Of a stretch of DNA of 64,000 bases, positions 1 to 12,463 are shown piece after piece. Position numbers and translations under genes: made by a program. The notes beneath the pieces were generated by a model, which was not told where the DNA came from, did no database searches, and saw only the letters and a program-made list of their open reading frames with translations. The stretch is taken from contig NC_068992.1 of assembly GCF_001194135.2 (NCBI RefSeq), forward strand, positions 4,364,066-4,428,065, written 5' to 3'. Each line of letters begins with the position of its first letter. Position 1 is the stretch's first letter. The DNA is from Octopus bimaculoides (lineage: Eukaryota).

Positions 1-805
1 ATATATATATATATGCGGCAATATAGAAATGCATTTATCCATCCATCCATCCATCCATCCATACATACATACATACAAATGCACTCTCATACGTATACAC
101 GCAGATAATGAGGGTAGGCTATTGGACTTCGAAGACACACACACACATTCACACATTCACAAACTTCCAGAAACGCATTCTGAAATAGCTATATGCACAC
201 TCCCATCTGCATAAGAATGTGTTTTTATTTTGTTTTGTGTACTTATTTGTGCATGAGCTCTTTCCGAATAATATATACTGTACGCTCTTGTTACATATAT
301 CCACACATGCACATACATATATTATGCGTTATATATATATATATATATATGCACACACACATATGCATATATACATATATATATATATGCATATACGCAC
401 ATACAATTGTGTGTGTGTGTGTCTGCTTGTATGTGTGCGGTTATCATATCATATGAGAAATTGGTTGTCTATGTGTTGTTCTTTATGAGCGTATGTGGGT
501 TATGTGAATGCACTCCCGCTTTCCGTTGCATATAGCATTATTGAATTATTGAATTCTTACTTTGGCCAAAGGTCGGGATATTTTACTGCGATATGTAAAA
601 TCACAGATAGAAGTAGAAAGTCTGAGAATGTGAGAGAAGAGAGAGGGTTCTAATTTCTTCAATATATACAAATATGATACTAGTATTATTTTTTTCCTGT
701 TATTCAAACGTATTGGGTTTGATCCACACACCAGGTTCAATGTAATCGACATGCATTTTCCGCGCATATTTCTATCGTAAAAAGAATTATCATTCTCTGT
801 GTAAA

Positions 806-1030
806 GGTGGAAAGCTATCGCAGTGGTTAGTTTTTTTTATTTGGTTGATGCCAAAATGCTTATCTGTGTTTCTTCCGGCTTTATGTTGAGTTCAAACTCC
901 ACCGTGGTCGATTTTGCCTTTCATCCTTTCGAAGACGATAACAGGAGTATCATCCAAGCAATGCGGTTGATGTCGTCAACTTGCCTTCTCCCACCTTCTC
1001 CCGTGTGGTTCTAATAGAGAGAATAATTAC
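806..1030 (+). mobile_element. tRNA-derived SINE, family A, diverged copy
   Basis: B-box-like gagttcaaactcc followed by the family-A central motif gcctttcatcctttcg, shared with more than 15 other loci in the window. Confidence 0.7.
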
Positions 1031-1046
1031 TATTTTCGGCACAAAT

Positions 1047-1260
1047 GCGGGAAACTGACAGAATCGTTAGCATGCCAGACAACATGCTTATGGAATTTCT
1101 TCTTTTAGTGCAGAATTCAAATTCCTCTGATGTCAACATTCCATTTAATCTTTTCAGGGTCGATAAACTAAGTACAAGTCAAATAATGCATTCCATCTAA
1201 TCGATTCACACCTCTCCCTAAATTTCAGGCATTGTGCTTACTGTAGGAAAAAAATATTAT
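1047..1260 (+). mobile_element. SINE family A, second copy of a tandem pair
   Basis: Head gacagaatcgttagcatgcc, B-box gaattcaaattcc, central gggtcgataaactaagtac, tail ggcattgtgcttactgtaggaa. Confidence 0.75.
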
Positions 1261-1624
1261 TCTCCACTGACAAAATTCAGATGCAGCATGGAATTCTGTC
1301 AGTGAACATGTCGCGGTCTCAAAGCGACGAAAATATTTTGGCAAATTAAATTTAAATGTTGAAGTGAACCTAACACTTTTTGTGTGTTTTTAAATGGCTT
1401 ATAAACACCTTCCATGCTGCAATTGTTTTTTGATATATATATAATATATATATATAAATCCACACATACTTTTAAATATGGAAACATTTACCCCGAACTT
1501 TGGAAAGCTGAATCTGATCCTCCTTTGTTAAATATTACTCTTACGCTTACTCCTTTAGCTGCAACACACACTAGTGAGTCGAGGTGAGAGGTGATTCTAT
1601 TGTTTCCCTTGTCTCCTTTGCACC

Positions 1625-1675
1625 TATGTTATATATGAATATATGTTATATATGAATATATGTTATAAATGAAAC
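1625..1675. repeat. 17-bp tandem repeat x3
   Basis: tatgttatatatgaata twice plus a third copy tatgttataaatgaaac. Confidence 0.85.
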
Positions 1676-2504
1676 TTATGAATACGTTAAACCGGGATAA
1701 GAAAACTTTTATTCCGCGAAGATTTATTTCTACATTTTAATTTTCATACATATAAATAGATAGAATAAAATTATTTTTCCTTTATGTTACACAAAAGAAA
1801 GTATTTGTATATAAGAGTTTGGCATATTTTAAAACTTTTCTCAGTATTGTTCCCGTAGAATCAAACACACACATAAACACCTCACGACCCACAAACACAC
1901 ATATTTGCATATGTGTGCATCTATGTGTCTATCTTTATTAAAACTTGTTTGCTATGGTTTTAGAAGTTTAACAACCATTTTTCTAAGTTACCATAATGTT
2001 AATCAGAAATAAAAAAAAAATATATATCATTTCACGATTTATAATTAAACGACACTAAATTAGAGTTGAATCTAACATCCAATAAAAGAGATTTGAATAG
2101 CCAAAATACCCTAGGTAATATCTTAAGAGTTTTGTATAATTTAATTGAAGATTGTGAATAATGTGATGGTTCAGCGATCTGGGAATGAAGAATCGTTGGG
2201 ATAAAGTAGAGTTAAAGGAATGATTTGTTAAGTAGAACAATGTTTATGTAGATATGTATGATACAGGGGCGTGAAAAGTAAGCAGTTTAAAATGAAAGAG
2301 TGGAAATGAAGACAGACAGATAAATCTTCCAAACAATGTTGAAGAAGATACAGTTAAGTTGAGCAGTTAAAACATTGAGGAGGGGCGAATGGGAAATAGA
2401 TAGATATAGTATAAACATGCATAAATTACAATAAAGAGGTACTGTTAATATGGCAGTGTTAAAGGTTTGAGAATGTGTAGTTAAAATATCTTTTTTTATT
2501 TTCA

Positions 2505-2726
2505 TATTGCCCACAAGGGACTAAAGATAGAGGGGACAAACAAGGACAGACAAAGGGATTAAGTCGATTACATCGACCACAGTGCGTAACGGGTACTTAT
2601 TTAATCGACTGCGAAAGGATGAAAGGCAAAGTGGACCTCGGTGGAAATTGAACTTAGAACGTAACGACAGGCGAAATATCGCTAAGCATTTCGTCCGGAA
2701 TGCTAACGATTCTGCCAACTCACCAC
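2505..2726 (-). mobile_element. SINE family A
   Basis: Reverse-strand copy: atcgactgcgaaaggatgaaaggcaaagtggacctcggtggaaattgaacttagaac ... gctaacgattctgccaactcacc. Confidence 0.85.
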
Positions 2727-2850
2727 GCTGTGCTGTTAAAATATTGTGAAACTACTGTTGAAGTATTTGTGGAGAAAGATTGAGTTGGAAATTTAAGAAC
2801 AATGGGTAACGCCGAAACGTGAGTCTAGAAATTAATGACTCATAGTTGTT

Positions 2851-3228
2851 GGCACTCCTTCGCTTACGACGTCGAGGGTTCCAGTTGCTCCGATCAACGG
2901 AACAGCCTGCTAGTGAAATTAACGTGCAAGTGGCTGAGCACTCCACAGACAGATGTACCCTTAACGTAGTTCTCGGGGATATTCAGCATGACACAGTGTG
3001 ACAAGGCTGACCCTTTGAATTACAGGCACAACAGAAACAGGAAGTAAGAGTGAGAGAAAGTTGTGGTGAAAGAGTACAGCAGGGATCGCCACCATCCCCT
3101 GCCGGAACCACGTGGAGCTTTTAGGTGTTTTCGCTCAATAAACACTCACAGCACCCGGTCTGGGAATCGAAACCGCGATCCTATGACCGCGAGTCCGCTG
3201 GCCTAATCACTGGGCCATTGTGCCTCCA
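2851..3228 (-). mobile_element. tRNA-derived SINE family B, near full length
   Basis: Reverse complement aligns end to end with 19223-19604; A-box tggcccagtg and B-box ggtttcgattccc on the minus strand. Confidence 0.9.
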
Positions 3229-3804
3229 CTGATCATAGTAACCCACGTATATCCACACAAAGAAGTATCTACACACACATATACATACACACATACACGC
3301 ACACACGCACACATGCATATGTGCAGATACAATATGAAAATCACTGAAATGTATTTCCTTACTCTTATAAGGACATAGAAGTTTCTTACATTTTCTTAAA
3401 TATATTTTAAATTTGAATGCTTATCAAGGAAGAAGGTATAAAGTTTCAGCGCAGAGCATTAACACGGAAAACGCATTACCAGGTGCAAGGATTAGACTTG
3501 ATGGCGTATCTGAAATCCTAAGGTTTCCGAGTAGGTCACTAAAATTTCGAAGCAAAGGTCAACAATCAGTTATTAAAGGGGGAAAAAATATAAAAAATTA
3601 ACAGGTTTCGTGAATAATATTTGCTAAGCGAATGCAATGAACTGTATANNNNNNNNNNNNNNNNNNNNNNNNNNNNNNNNNNNNNNNNNNNNNNNNNNNN
3701 NNNNNNNNNNNNNNNNNNNNNNNNNNNNNNNNNNNNNNNNNNNNNNNNNNNNNNNNNNNNNNNNNNNNNNNNNNNNNNNNNNNNNNNNNNNNNNNNNNNN
3801 NNNN

Positions 3805-3839
<35 letters not shown>

Positions 3840-4260
3840 GTGTGTGTGTGTGTATATATGTATGTATATATATATATATAATATCTATATAGCCTTATGC
3901 GTATATCTGACTATAAGCAAAGATATGTTACCGTGTGCATGTATAGAAGCACGCGCGAATTGGTAGATGGAATAGTGCGATTAAAGGATGATTTATAATC
4001 CATCAATCAAGCGTTGACTCTATCACTATACTTAACATTCGACAAGTACAAATCTAGATACATACATTCATACGTGCATACATTTGGGCATAGGACATAA
4101 TATTCATTACATACAGAGATTGTTACATACATAGCGTACAATATCATACATAGATATTATGTGTGTGTGAGTATATATATATATATATATGTAGTCACAT
4201 TTTCGTATACAAGTTTATTGGCATGGTTGAGATGTCGAATATACGCAATTATATTTTCAG

Positions 4261-4347
4261 ATTATCGAAGACCAACGAAGATGGAGTGAAAAGTGTTTAG
4301 ACATACTGGTGCCGAACTGTGAAACATTGAATGAGGCCATCGAATGG
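4261..4347 (+). CDS. Candidate internal coding exon, IIEDQRRWSEKCLDILVPNCETLNEAIEW, product unidentified
   Basis: Acceptor ttatattttcag, 87 nt (phase 0-0), donor TGG|gtatta; only frame 0 is open, and a stop follows 3 codons into the putative intron; unique non-repeat sequence. No homology recognised. Confidence 0.4.
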
Positions 4348-4530
4348 GTATTAATATAATATGTGATAACATCCATCTCGCTGACAGTGTACGGCAATGA
4401 TGAATGTCTTGCTGAAGGTTTCATCTTGCACTTGTATGTGTATATATTTATACATATAAACATGCACAAGCACATACACGCACCTATACATACATATGTA
4501 TACGTAGATATATATACATACATACAAACT

Positions 4531-4561
<31 letters not shown>

Positions 4562-4782
4562 GTACAAATACATATCCGTGTATGTATATCCATATATATA
4601 TATATTGATAGATTTATTCCTGAAGATACACATGTATACAGGCATAGCAACAAAAATATACACACAGAAAGAGATGGTGCAGCACGCAGCACCACATATC
4701 TACACTCATGGAGTGAATTAGCGTCCTTCAAATAAAAGCACTTCTCTTTTACTCCTTATTCGGTTCACTGTTGCTATATTAG

Positions 4783-4893
4783 ACTGTGTTACCAGTGACC
4801 CCGAACTGCATGTCTCATTTCCTTGACACTGTTGTAAAGATTCTAATGATTGCAGTTTTAGTGATATTGTCATGTGCACTAATATTAATGAGA
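4783..4893 (+). CDS. Weak candidate exon, TVLPVTPNCMSHFLDTVVKILMIAVLVILSCALILMR, with a hydrophobic stretch
   Basis: Pyrimidine tract then tattag acceptor, 111 nt open in phase 0-0, donor AGA|gtatag; phase-compatible with 4261-4347. Confidence 0.2.
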
Positions 4894-5000
4894 GTATAGG
4901 AACGTACCATGAGAGTCCATGCTCATACTACACTTCCTCAAATATCTACATGCATACTTACTACTTACACATACACGCACGCACATGCATGCATGCATAG

Positions 5001-5320
5001 CTGGCATTCTGTTGGTTACGTCGGCGAGGTTTCCAATTGATGAGATCAACGAAACATCCAGCTTGTAAAATTAAAGTGGAAGTGGCTGAGCGCTCCAGAG
5101 ACACGCGTACCCTTAACGTAGATCTGAGAGAGGTTCAATGCGGCACAGACTGTGACAAAGCCGGCCCTTTCAAATAGAGGTACTACTCATTTTTGCCAGT
5201 GGAGTGGACTGAGGCAGCTTGAAATAAAGATTCACGCTCAAGGACACAACACGCCGCCGGGAGTCGAACTCACAGTCTCACGATCATGATCTGAACACCC
5301 TAGCCACTAAGCCACGTCTT
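5001..5320 (-). mobile_element. SINE with tRNA head, CORE-like middle (gtgtccttgagc) and family-B 3' domain
   Basis: Minus strand head gtggcttagtggctagggtg...gagttcgactccc; 3' part gtggctgagcgctccagagacacgcgtacccttaacg shared with family B. Confidence 0.8.
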
Positions 5321-6210
5321 TTCACATACATACATGCATACATACACACATACACACATACATACATACATACATACGTACATACATACACGCGTTGTAT
5401 TCTAGAGCAAAACAGTTCATTTCACCTTGTTCTGCGGCCCGTCGACATCGGACTTGTGGAACACCATGTAGTTGTACAGGCAATCTCAACTGGGTGGAGA
5501 CAATTGGCTAATGTACAGCGCAAATATGGTACCATAAGAAAATCAAATCATCTAAGCCGGTTATTTAACAAGAACTTGTCTTCACCTGCCCTCTTCAACA
5601 GGAGAGTCCTTCATACACACTTACGTATATATATATATAAATATATACACGTATGTAATTATACTTATACATTTGTGTACATAGAACTACATAAATATAG
5701 AATGCCGAAAGTTTACAATGTCTACTTTATAATGTAGAACAATATATATATCAGTATTTATAATCATGCACGTCCGTTCACATATAAATTTACAATACTT
5801 AAAGCTGAAAGTAAGTCATCCAAATACGAGGGTTGAATACTAAGAAACTGTATATGTGTGAGTCACTATTCAGAAATTTTCAGACAATTGATGAGATATT
5901 TGGAATGTTCTTATATACATATTCACTCACACGCGTTCGTGCACACCCACACATATATGCACATATATATATATATTTGTTTAGGTATGTGGGAGTGTGT
6001 GTGTATGTATTTGGGCTTTCACACATGTTTTCTACAAAGGAAGTTATCGTCCGAAGCTCTTCCCTCAGAGAATGAACTTCACACGTTCCAAGTGTACCCT
6101 TGGATGTGTGAAATGTGCCTGTGCGCAGGTGCTCGCGCACACACACATATATACACACATACACACATACACACATACACATAAACACACACATACACAC
6201 ACGCACACCA

Positions 6211-6262
<52 letters not shown>

Positions 6263-6989
6263 AATTTTCTATGAATGATTCCTTTTAAAACCTCTGAGAA
6301 GGGCTTTGAGATGCCCAAATATGTAAAAAATAATGGATACTAAATGGTAGGAAGCTTTAGAAATTTGCAATAAACTAGCTTATATTTCGCTTTTCCTCAG
6401 GATTGAGATGTACAGGAATTAATTACTGAATAACATTCTTTGTCATTGATGTTTTTAGTAATGATTAACACTATACGACTACGTTTGTTTTTCATGCCTC
6501 TGAAGATGACTAGATCAGCAGCTTTACTCTCCGTGATTCTTGAGGTGATTCAATAAACCAATATTGACATAAAATCCACGTTTACAGAAGGGACACGTAA
6601 TAGCAGAGTTAGGACCCACTCTTTTAGTTTCTCTGATCATTTCTGATTCTGAGTGGTATATTCCAGATTAAAAAACACACTGCGTGGCACATAGTTATCT
6701 CCAGCTAGATGCTCACAAGTAAATGGCTCATATAAACTTTCCAAGGCTGCTTTGAGAGTGTCTTTTCATTTCAAATTCATCAACTTATTTTTATCTATAT
6801 TGTATACTATAATTTAGCAAGTCGGATGTCAGTCTTATTTTCATATCATTGGTGAAGTATAGGTCAGATCATATTTTATATTGTGCTTACAACATAGTTG
6901 AAAACAGTCGTATAAAAACCACATAAAAATCCACACACGCAATTATGTACATACATTGGCCACTAGAAGAAACTCACAACCATGTTTAT

Positions 6990-7200
6990 ATATATACATA
7001 CACACGTAGACTGTTGGTGATTTTTCCCTCCTTTTTCCTTTTCTTTTAGACTTTCCTGTCTCCTGTTTCTGAAGAAGGGTTATGCTCGAAACTTAACAAA
7101 ACAACTCTTTTCCTTCTCTGAGCGTCTTATTAATGCTTTGCATGTGCTACGTCCTCACATTGTTGATTTCTTCTTCTTGCCTTTTTCTCGTTTTTTTAAA
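6990..7200 (+). mobile_element. Penelope-like terminal-repeat remnant with decayed hammerhead-like motif
   Basis: CTGAAGA-A-GGGT-TAT-GCTC-GAAAC at 7069-7092, next to a (TA)n array. Confidence 0.45.
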
Positions 7201-7213
7201 AAATTAATTTATA

Positions 7214-7250
<37 letters not shown>

Positions 7251-8728
7251 NNNNNNNNNNTGTGTGTGTGTGTGTCTGTATCGTATTCAATGGTTAAACT
7301 CAAAGTAGATAAAGCTATAAATAACATCCGGTTAAAAAGCCCCCTTGGGTAGGAATAGTCGAAGGCTGATTGTAATTCTCTTTTGCAGTATCATTTGCTG
7401 ATTTATGCAAAAGCTGACCAGATTAAAACTAAATTAAGATACTCATGTGGGGCAATATTAAATGGAAATAACGGTGTGTAAACCCATTTTATAAATGAGA
7501 CCCGTTTCTGCGGAGTTTCATGCGAGAAAAATTAAAGCAACTGCTTGTATGCATGAAAGCAATCATTATAAAACAAATGCAAATACGTGAATACTTTTGA
7601 AGAAAACACTTTAAAGAATACACATGAAATACGTTTTATCCTGCTTGAATGGGAATCGTGTTTATCGGAATTTTACGCCCCTTCTGATCGTCGATCCACA
7701 CATCAGGAGATTCCTCATGTTATGCATTATAGTGGATCAATGAAGAAACAACACCTTGCAAGTAATGGAGTACCTACTCGTGCACTTGACCTGATTTCAT
7801 TTTTATCATCATGCATTTTTCTAACTTTGAGCTTTGCAAGCTTAAATGATTTGCAGTATGGCTAATATTTTTATTCTGCATGAAACATTTGTGAAACGTC
7901 TAACGTAATATCTTTAAGACTCCTTTCGCATTACTACATTCACTTGCAGGTCAAACTTTCTTTATAGTTATATCCAATAAACGTAATACAGTACAATGTC
8001 TGTCTTCTACATCTGTAAATGTTAACACTCACAAATGGTAGTGTTATATACATTAAATACACGATACAAAAAAAATATACAAAATATTTTCCTTCCGAAA
8101 ATATCACATCCATGTCATGATTTAAAAAAAAATTAAATTTTACTCGAATTAAAATATAGATAGTGGGGCGTACGTTCTTCCTACAAGAAGCAAGACTATA
8201 ACATTTTTACTAAGTGGAGTATGCCAAAGCCAGATTTTCTGTAAAGTGGGTATTCCAGCATTGTAAAAGCTACCAGTGTTCGGCGTTGGAACAACAGTAA
8301 TGTAGTTTTACTTAACTGATTTACTAGAATACAAAATAGGCTGTAGTTTTGCTTAATGTATTGTTTTCGATCCTCTCTAAACGCGATATCTTTGAACGCA
8401 CTGAAATTTGCTTTGAAATTATGAGGCCAATGGNNNNNNNNNNNNNNNNNNNNNNNNNNNNNNNNNNNNNNNNNNNNNNNNNNNNNNNNNNNNNNNNNNN
8501 NNNNNNNNNNNNNNNNNNNNNNNNNNNNNNNNNNNNNNNNNNNNNNNNNNNNNNNNNNNNNNNNNNNNNNNNNNNNNNNNNNNNNNNNNNNNNNNNNNNN
8601 NNNNNNNNNNNNNNNNNNNNNNNNNNNNNNNNNNNNNNNNNNNNNNNNNNNNNNNNNNNNNNNNNNNNNNNNNNNNNNNNNNNNNNNNNNNNNNNNNNNN
8701 NNNNNNNNNNNNNNNNNNNNNNNNNNNN

Positions 8729-8781
<53 letters not shown>

Positions 8782-9051
8782 GTATGTAGGTACTGTAAAT
8801 TCATATATTTAAGATATTCACATAATTACATAATTATTATGTATAAAATATATATAATATATAATTATATGTATGTGTGTGTGTGTGTGTGTGCGTGCAT
8901 GCATGTGTTTGTGTTAGTGCTTGTGTTAGTGTGTGTGTGTATGTATACATGTGTAGGACATGTATATAGGCAATCAGAGGTGTTAGAATTGTTATGGCAG
9001 TATATAATATTTAGAAACTTACATGTGCGTGAGAAAGCATCAGAGTGTGCG

Positions 9052-9109
<58 letters not shown>

Positions 9110-9339
9110 CATTATATATACATATGTAATATCTACCTTTGTGCGTGTCTGTGTGTGGTTTGTGCCTGAGAGTGTGTGTAAGTATGTTTGCGTGTGTGAT
9201 GACGACACCCACACATACGAATCGTTAACAATCCTACAATTTGGAAGGGAACATAATTCAATGCTCACCGTAGTTGTCATCGTGATCGGCATCATGGTCG
9301 TCACCATCTTGGTCATCATCTCGAAAGCGACAAGGAAGA

Positions 9340-9409
9340 CGACGACGACGACGACGACGACGAACGCCCTAATCATCAATCATGCCTTCGCTGCGGATGA
9401 TGTCGATGG

Positions 9410-9470
<61 letters not shown>

Positions 9471-9886
9471 ATGCTGATGATAATAATGATCATGGTGGCG
9501 GTGACGGCGATGGTGATTGCAATATTGTTTGAATCATGAGGCTGCCAAGGAATACAACGTGCGATGGAGGATGATGCTGACGATGATATTGAAGGTGATG
9601 ACGATGATGATGGTGATGATGGTGATGATGATGATGATGACGAGGAGGNNNNNNNNNNNNNNNNNGGAGGAGGAGGAGGAGGGTGATTGATGAAACTGAT
9701 GACAATGACGTTGATGACAATGACGACGACGACAATGAAGAAGAAGAAGGAGAAGAAGAAGAAGAAGAAGAAGAAGAAGAAGGAGAAGAAGAAGAAGAAG
9801 AAGATGACGAAGACAAAGAAGAAGATGACGAAGAAGAAGAAGAAGAAGAAAAAGAAGAAGAAGATGACGAAGATGACGAAGAAGAA

Positions 9887-9917
<31 letters not shown>

Positions 9918-10280
9918 AAGAAGAAGAAGAAGAAGAAGAAGACGAAGAAGAAGAAGAAGAAGAAGAAGAAGAAGAAGAAGAAGAAGGAGAAGAAGAAGAT
10001 GAAGAAGAAGAAGAAGAAGAAGAAGAAAAAGAAGAAGAAAAAGAAGAAGAAGAAGAAGAAGAAGAAGAAGAAGAAGAAGATCATGGAGTTAACAAGGCTC
10101 AGTAATAGGGTGGATAATGCTACTGCTGCTGACGATGCTGCTGATGATGGAAATGATAAAGACGAGTATGATGATGATGATGATGCAGGTGATGGTGGTG
10201 CTGGCGGTGGTGGTGATGATGATGATGATGATGATTATGAAGACGACGACGATGATGACACAGATGAAACACGACGATGA
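9340..10280. repeat. Compound trinucleotide microsatellite (GAC/GAT/GAG/GAA)n with a long GAA tract
   Basis: Direct reading; source of the poly-K, poly-E, poly-F and poly-D spurious ORFs. Confidence 0.95.
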
Positions 10281-10502
10281 TGGTGACTGTTCCCGCTATA
10301 TTTGTTGTTCTTGTTTTCGGTGGAAGCAGTCGTATATTTCATTAGCTTCCAGGCAATGGCTGATATTGTTGCGATCTGTCAATAAAATACGGAAGAACAG
10401 CTTCAATCAGCTTTCTGCAATGTTACAGTTGTTAATTTCTTCACTAACCCAACGTGACGTATCTTTCTAATCGCGCTTAAATAGCTGTAGCACAGATACA
10501 CC

Positions 10503-10549
<47 letters not shown>

Positions 10550-10595
10550 GTCTGTCTACCTCTTTTTCTTCCTTCACTCACTCACTCACTCACAT

Positions 10596-10635
<40 letters not shown>

Positions 10636-11084
10636 TAGGTGCGTGTGCGTTTGTATGTATACATCTATTTAAGCATCGTAGTATCATCAACACACAAATG
10701 CATTCACGTCCATAAACGCACACGCGATACACAGCCTTATATTTTCACACTCACACGGCAGTGACTACCAACATCCTGTCCAAACTGTTGTTGCTTCAAT
10801 GTCGATAATACTATGCTAGCTACACCATGTCACCCGTGTTGAGCAAAAGCAGCCAAATTCCAGAATCCATATTGGACCCTCTCCATTCGGATCTCTTTAC
10901 CTGAGGAGTTAGGTTCGTTGAGCGAGCCTCTGAATCTTGAATATGCATGGAGTCGAATCTAATTTCTACCGGATGGATTGAGTGCCACGGTCTTCCGTTT
11001 GCCCACTCACTAGTATATATATACATGCGCGCGCGCGTGTGTGTGCGCGTGTATACATGCAACTAGCAAAAATGAGTAGTATCT

Positions 11085-11262
11085 GTATTTCAAATGGCCA
11101 GCCTTTTCACATTCGGTGTCACGCTAAATCCTCCTGAGATCAACGTTAATGGTAGCTGTGTCGGTGGAGCACTGAGCCATTGGCACGTTAATCTCACGAG
11201 CAGGCTGTTCCGTTGATTGGATCAACGGGAACTGTCTTCGTCATAACCGGCAAAGTGCCAGT
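11085..11262 (+). mobile_element. Family-B 3' domain SINE fragment
   Basis: gtgtcacgctaaatc...gtggagcactgagccattggcacgttaatctcacgagcaggctgttccgttgattggatcaac matches 19440-19604. Confidence 0.8.
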
Positions 11263-12017
11263 TTCAAATACACATACATATATATATACACACACACATA
11301 CATACATACGTACATACACATATACATACACACATATACATATACACACACACACTTGAATTAGCTTAATATATTATACTGACCGGGTAGAAGAAAATAT
11401 CAAATTAAAAGAAACATGTTCAACCGGACACAATTTTGTTTCTGCTAAACTGGTTTCATATAACGAGGCACAACTAGCACCATTTTTAGCCGAAAATATA
11501 TGCGGATAATTCAAATTTACCAGATTATACAGACACTGCAGCAAATATTTCGCTCGTAAATATTTGGAAATTTAAATACTTTAAAGTTTTCAAAGAATTC
11601 TGAATGCTTCTCACCTGTTTTCTATTATCAAGAATACATACGATAAGCATAAATTTGCATTTATTTTATTTACTTCCGGTTGACTACGGTTATGAACGTC
11701 TGTCTATGATCAGAGTCAGATTTCAGAAATACAATTGTATCGCGGTATGACACTCGTATATTCTAAATTAATACATGTGCGTTGATTTCTCTCTCTCTCT
11801 TTTTCTTTTTTTAAATTGAGTGAATCGACTTGACAATATATCTCCCTCTGAAACCTCTGTATGAAACACACTTTTGCATTTCTACTTACGTACGCGTTCT
11901 TGATTTCAGAGCTATATATGTATTCTTTTATATTATATACACACGAGGAGGCACATAAATGCAAAAGAAGGTGGGAAAAATAGTACTCTAATACCGAAGG
12001 TAGAGTAGTGCGCATTC

Positions 12018-12157
12018 TTATTAAAGCTGAAAAAAACATCACAAAACCTGTTACTCAGAGTTTCACGTTCCTGTTCGTCGGGCATTTGTGATCACGACTG
12101 TCCGACGAACGGGAACGTGAAACTCTGGGTTCTTGTGGTGTTTTGCAGCTTTAATAA
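12018..12157. mobile_element. Palindromic element: head-to-head copies of a hammerhead-like terminal repeat
   Basis: 32-bp stem 12053-12084/12099-12130 (only G-T wobbles) and outer arms ttattaaagctg/cagctttaataa; CCGACGA-ACG-GGAA-CGT-GAAAC at 12102-12123. Confidence 0.7.
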
Positions 12158-12420
12158 AACTGTGTACACACACACACACACANNNNNNNNNNNNNNNNNN
12201 NNNNNNNNNNNNNNNNNNNNNNNNNNNNNNNNNNNNNNNNNNNNNNNNNNNNNNNNNNNNNNNNNNNNNNNNNNNNNNNNNNNNNNNNNNNNNNNNNNNN
12301 NNNNNNNNNNNNNNNNNNNNNNNNNNNNNNNNNNNNNNNNNNNNNNNNNNNNNNNNNNNNNNNNNNNNNNNNNNNNNNNNNNNNNNNNNNNNNNNNNNNN
12401 NNNNNNNNNNNNNNNNNNNN

Positions 12421-12463
<43 letters not shown>

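Noticed and set aside
7587-7865. 92-aa ORF MNTFEENT...
   Set aside because: Non-ATG start, no recognisable motif, no clear splice context; the length is within chance for this window.
12053-12130. pre-miRNA hairpin
   Set aside because: Size fits, but the palindrome extends to about 140 bp and contains a hammerhead-like repeat motif plus AATAAA, so an element-derived inversion is the simpler explanation. Small RNA data would be needed.
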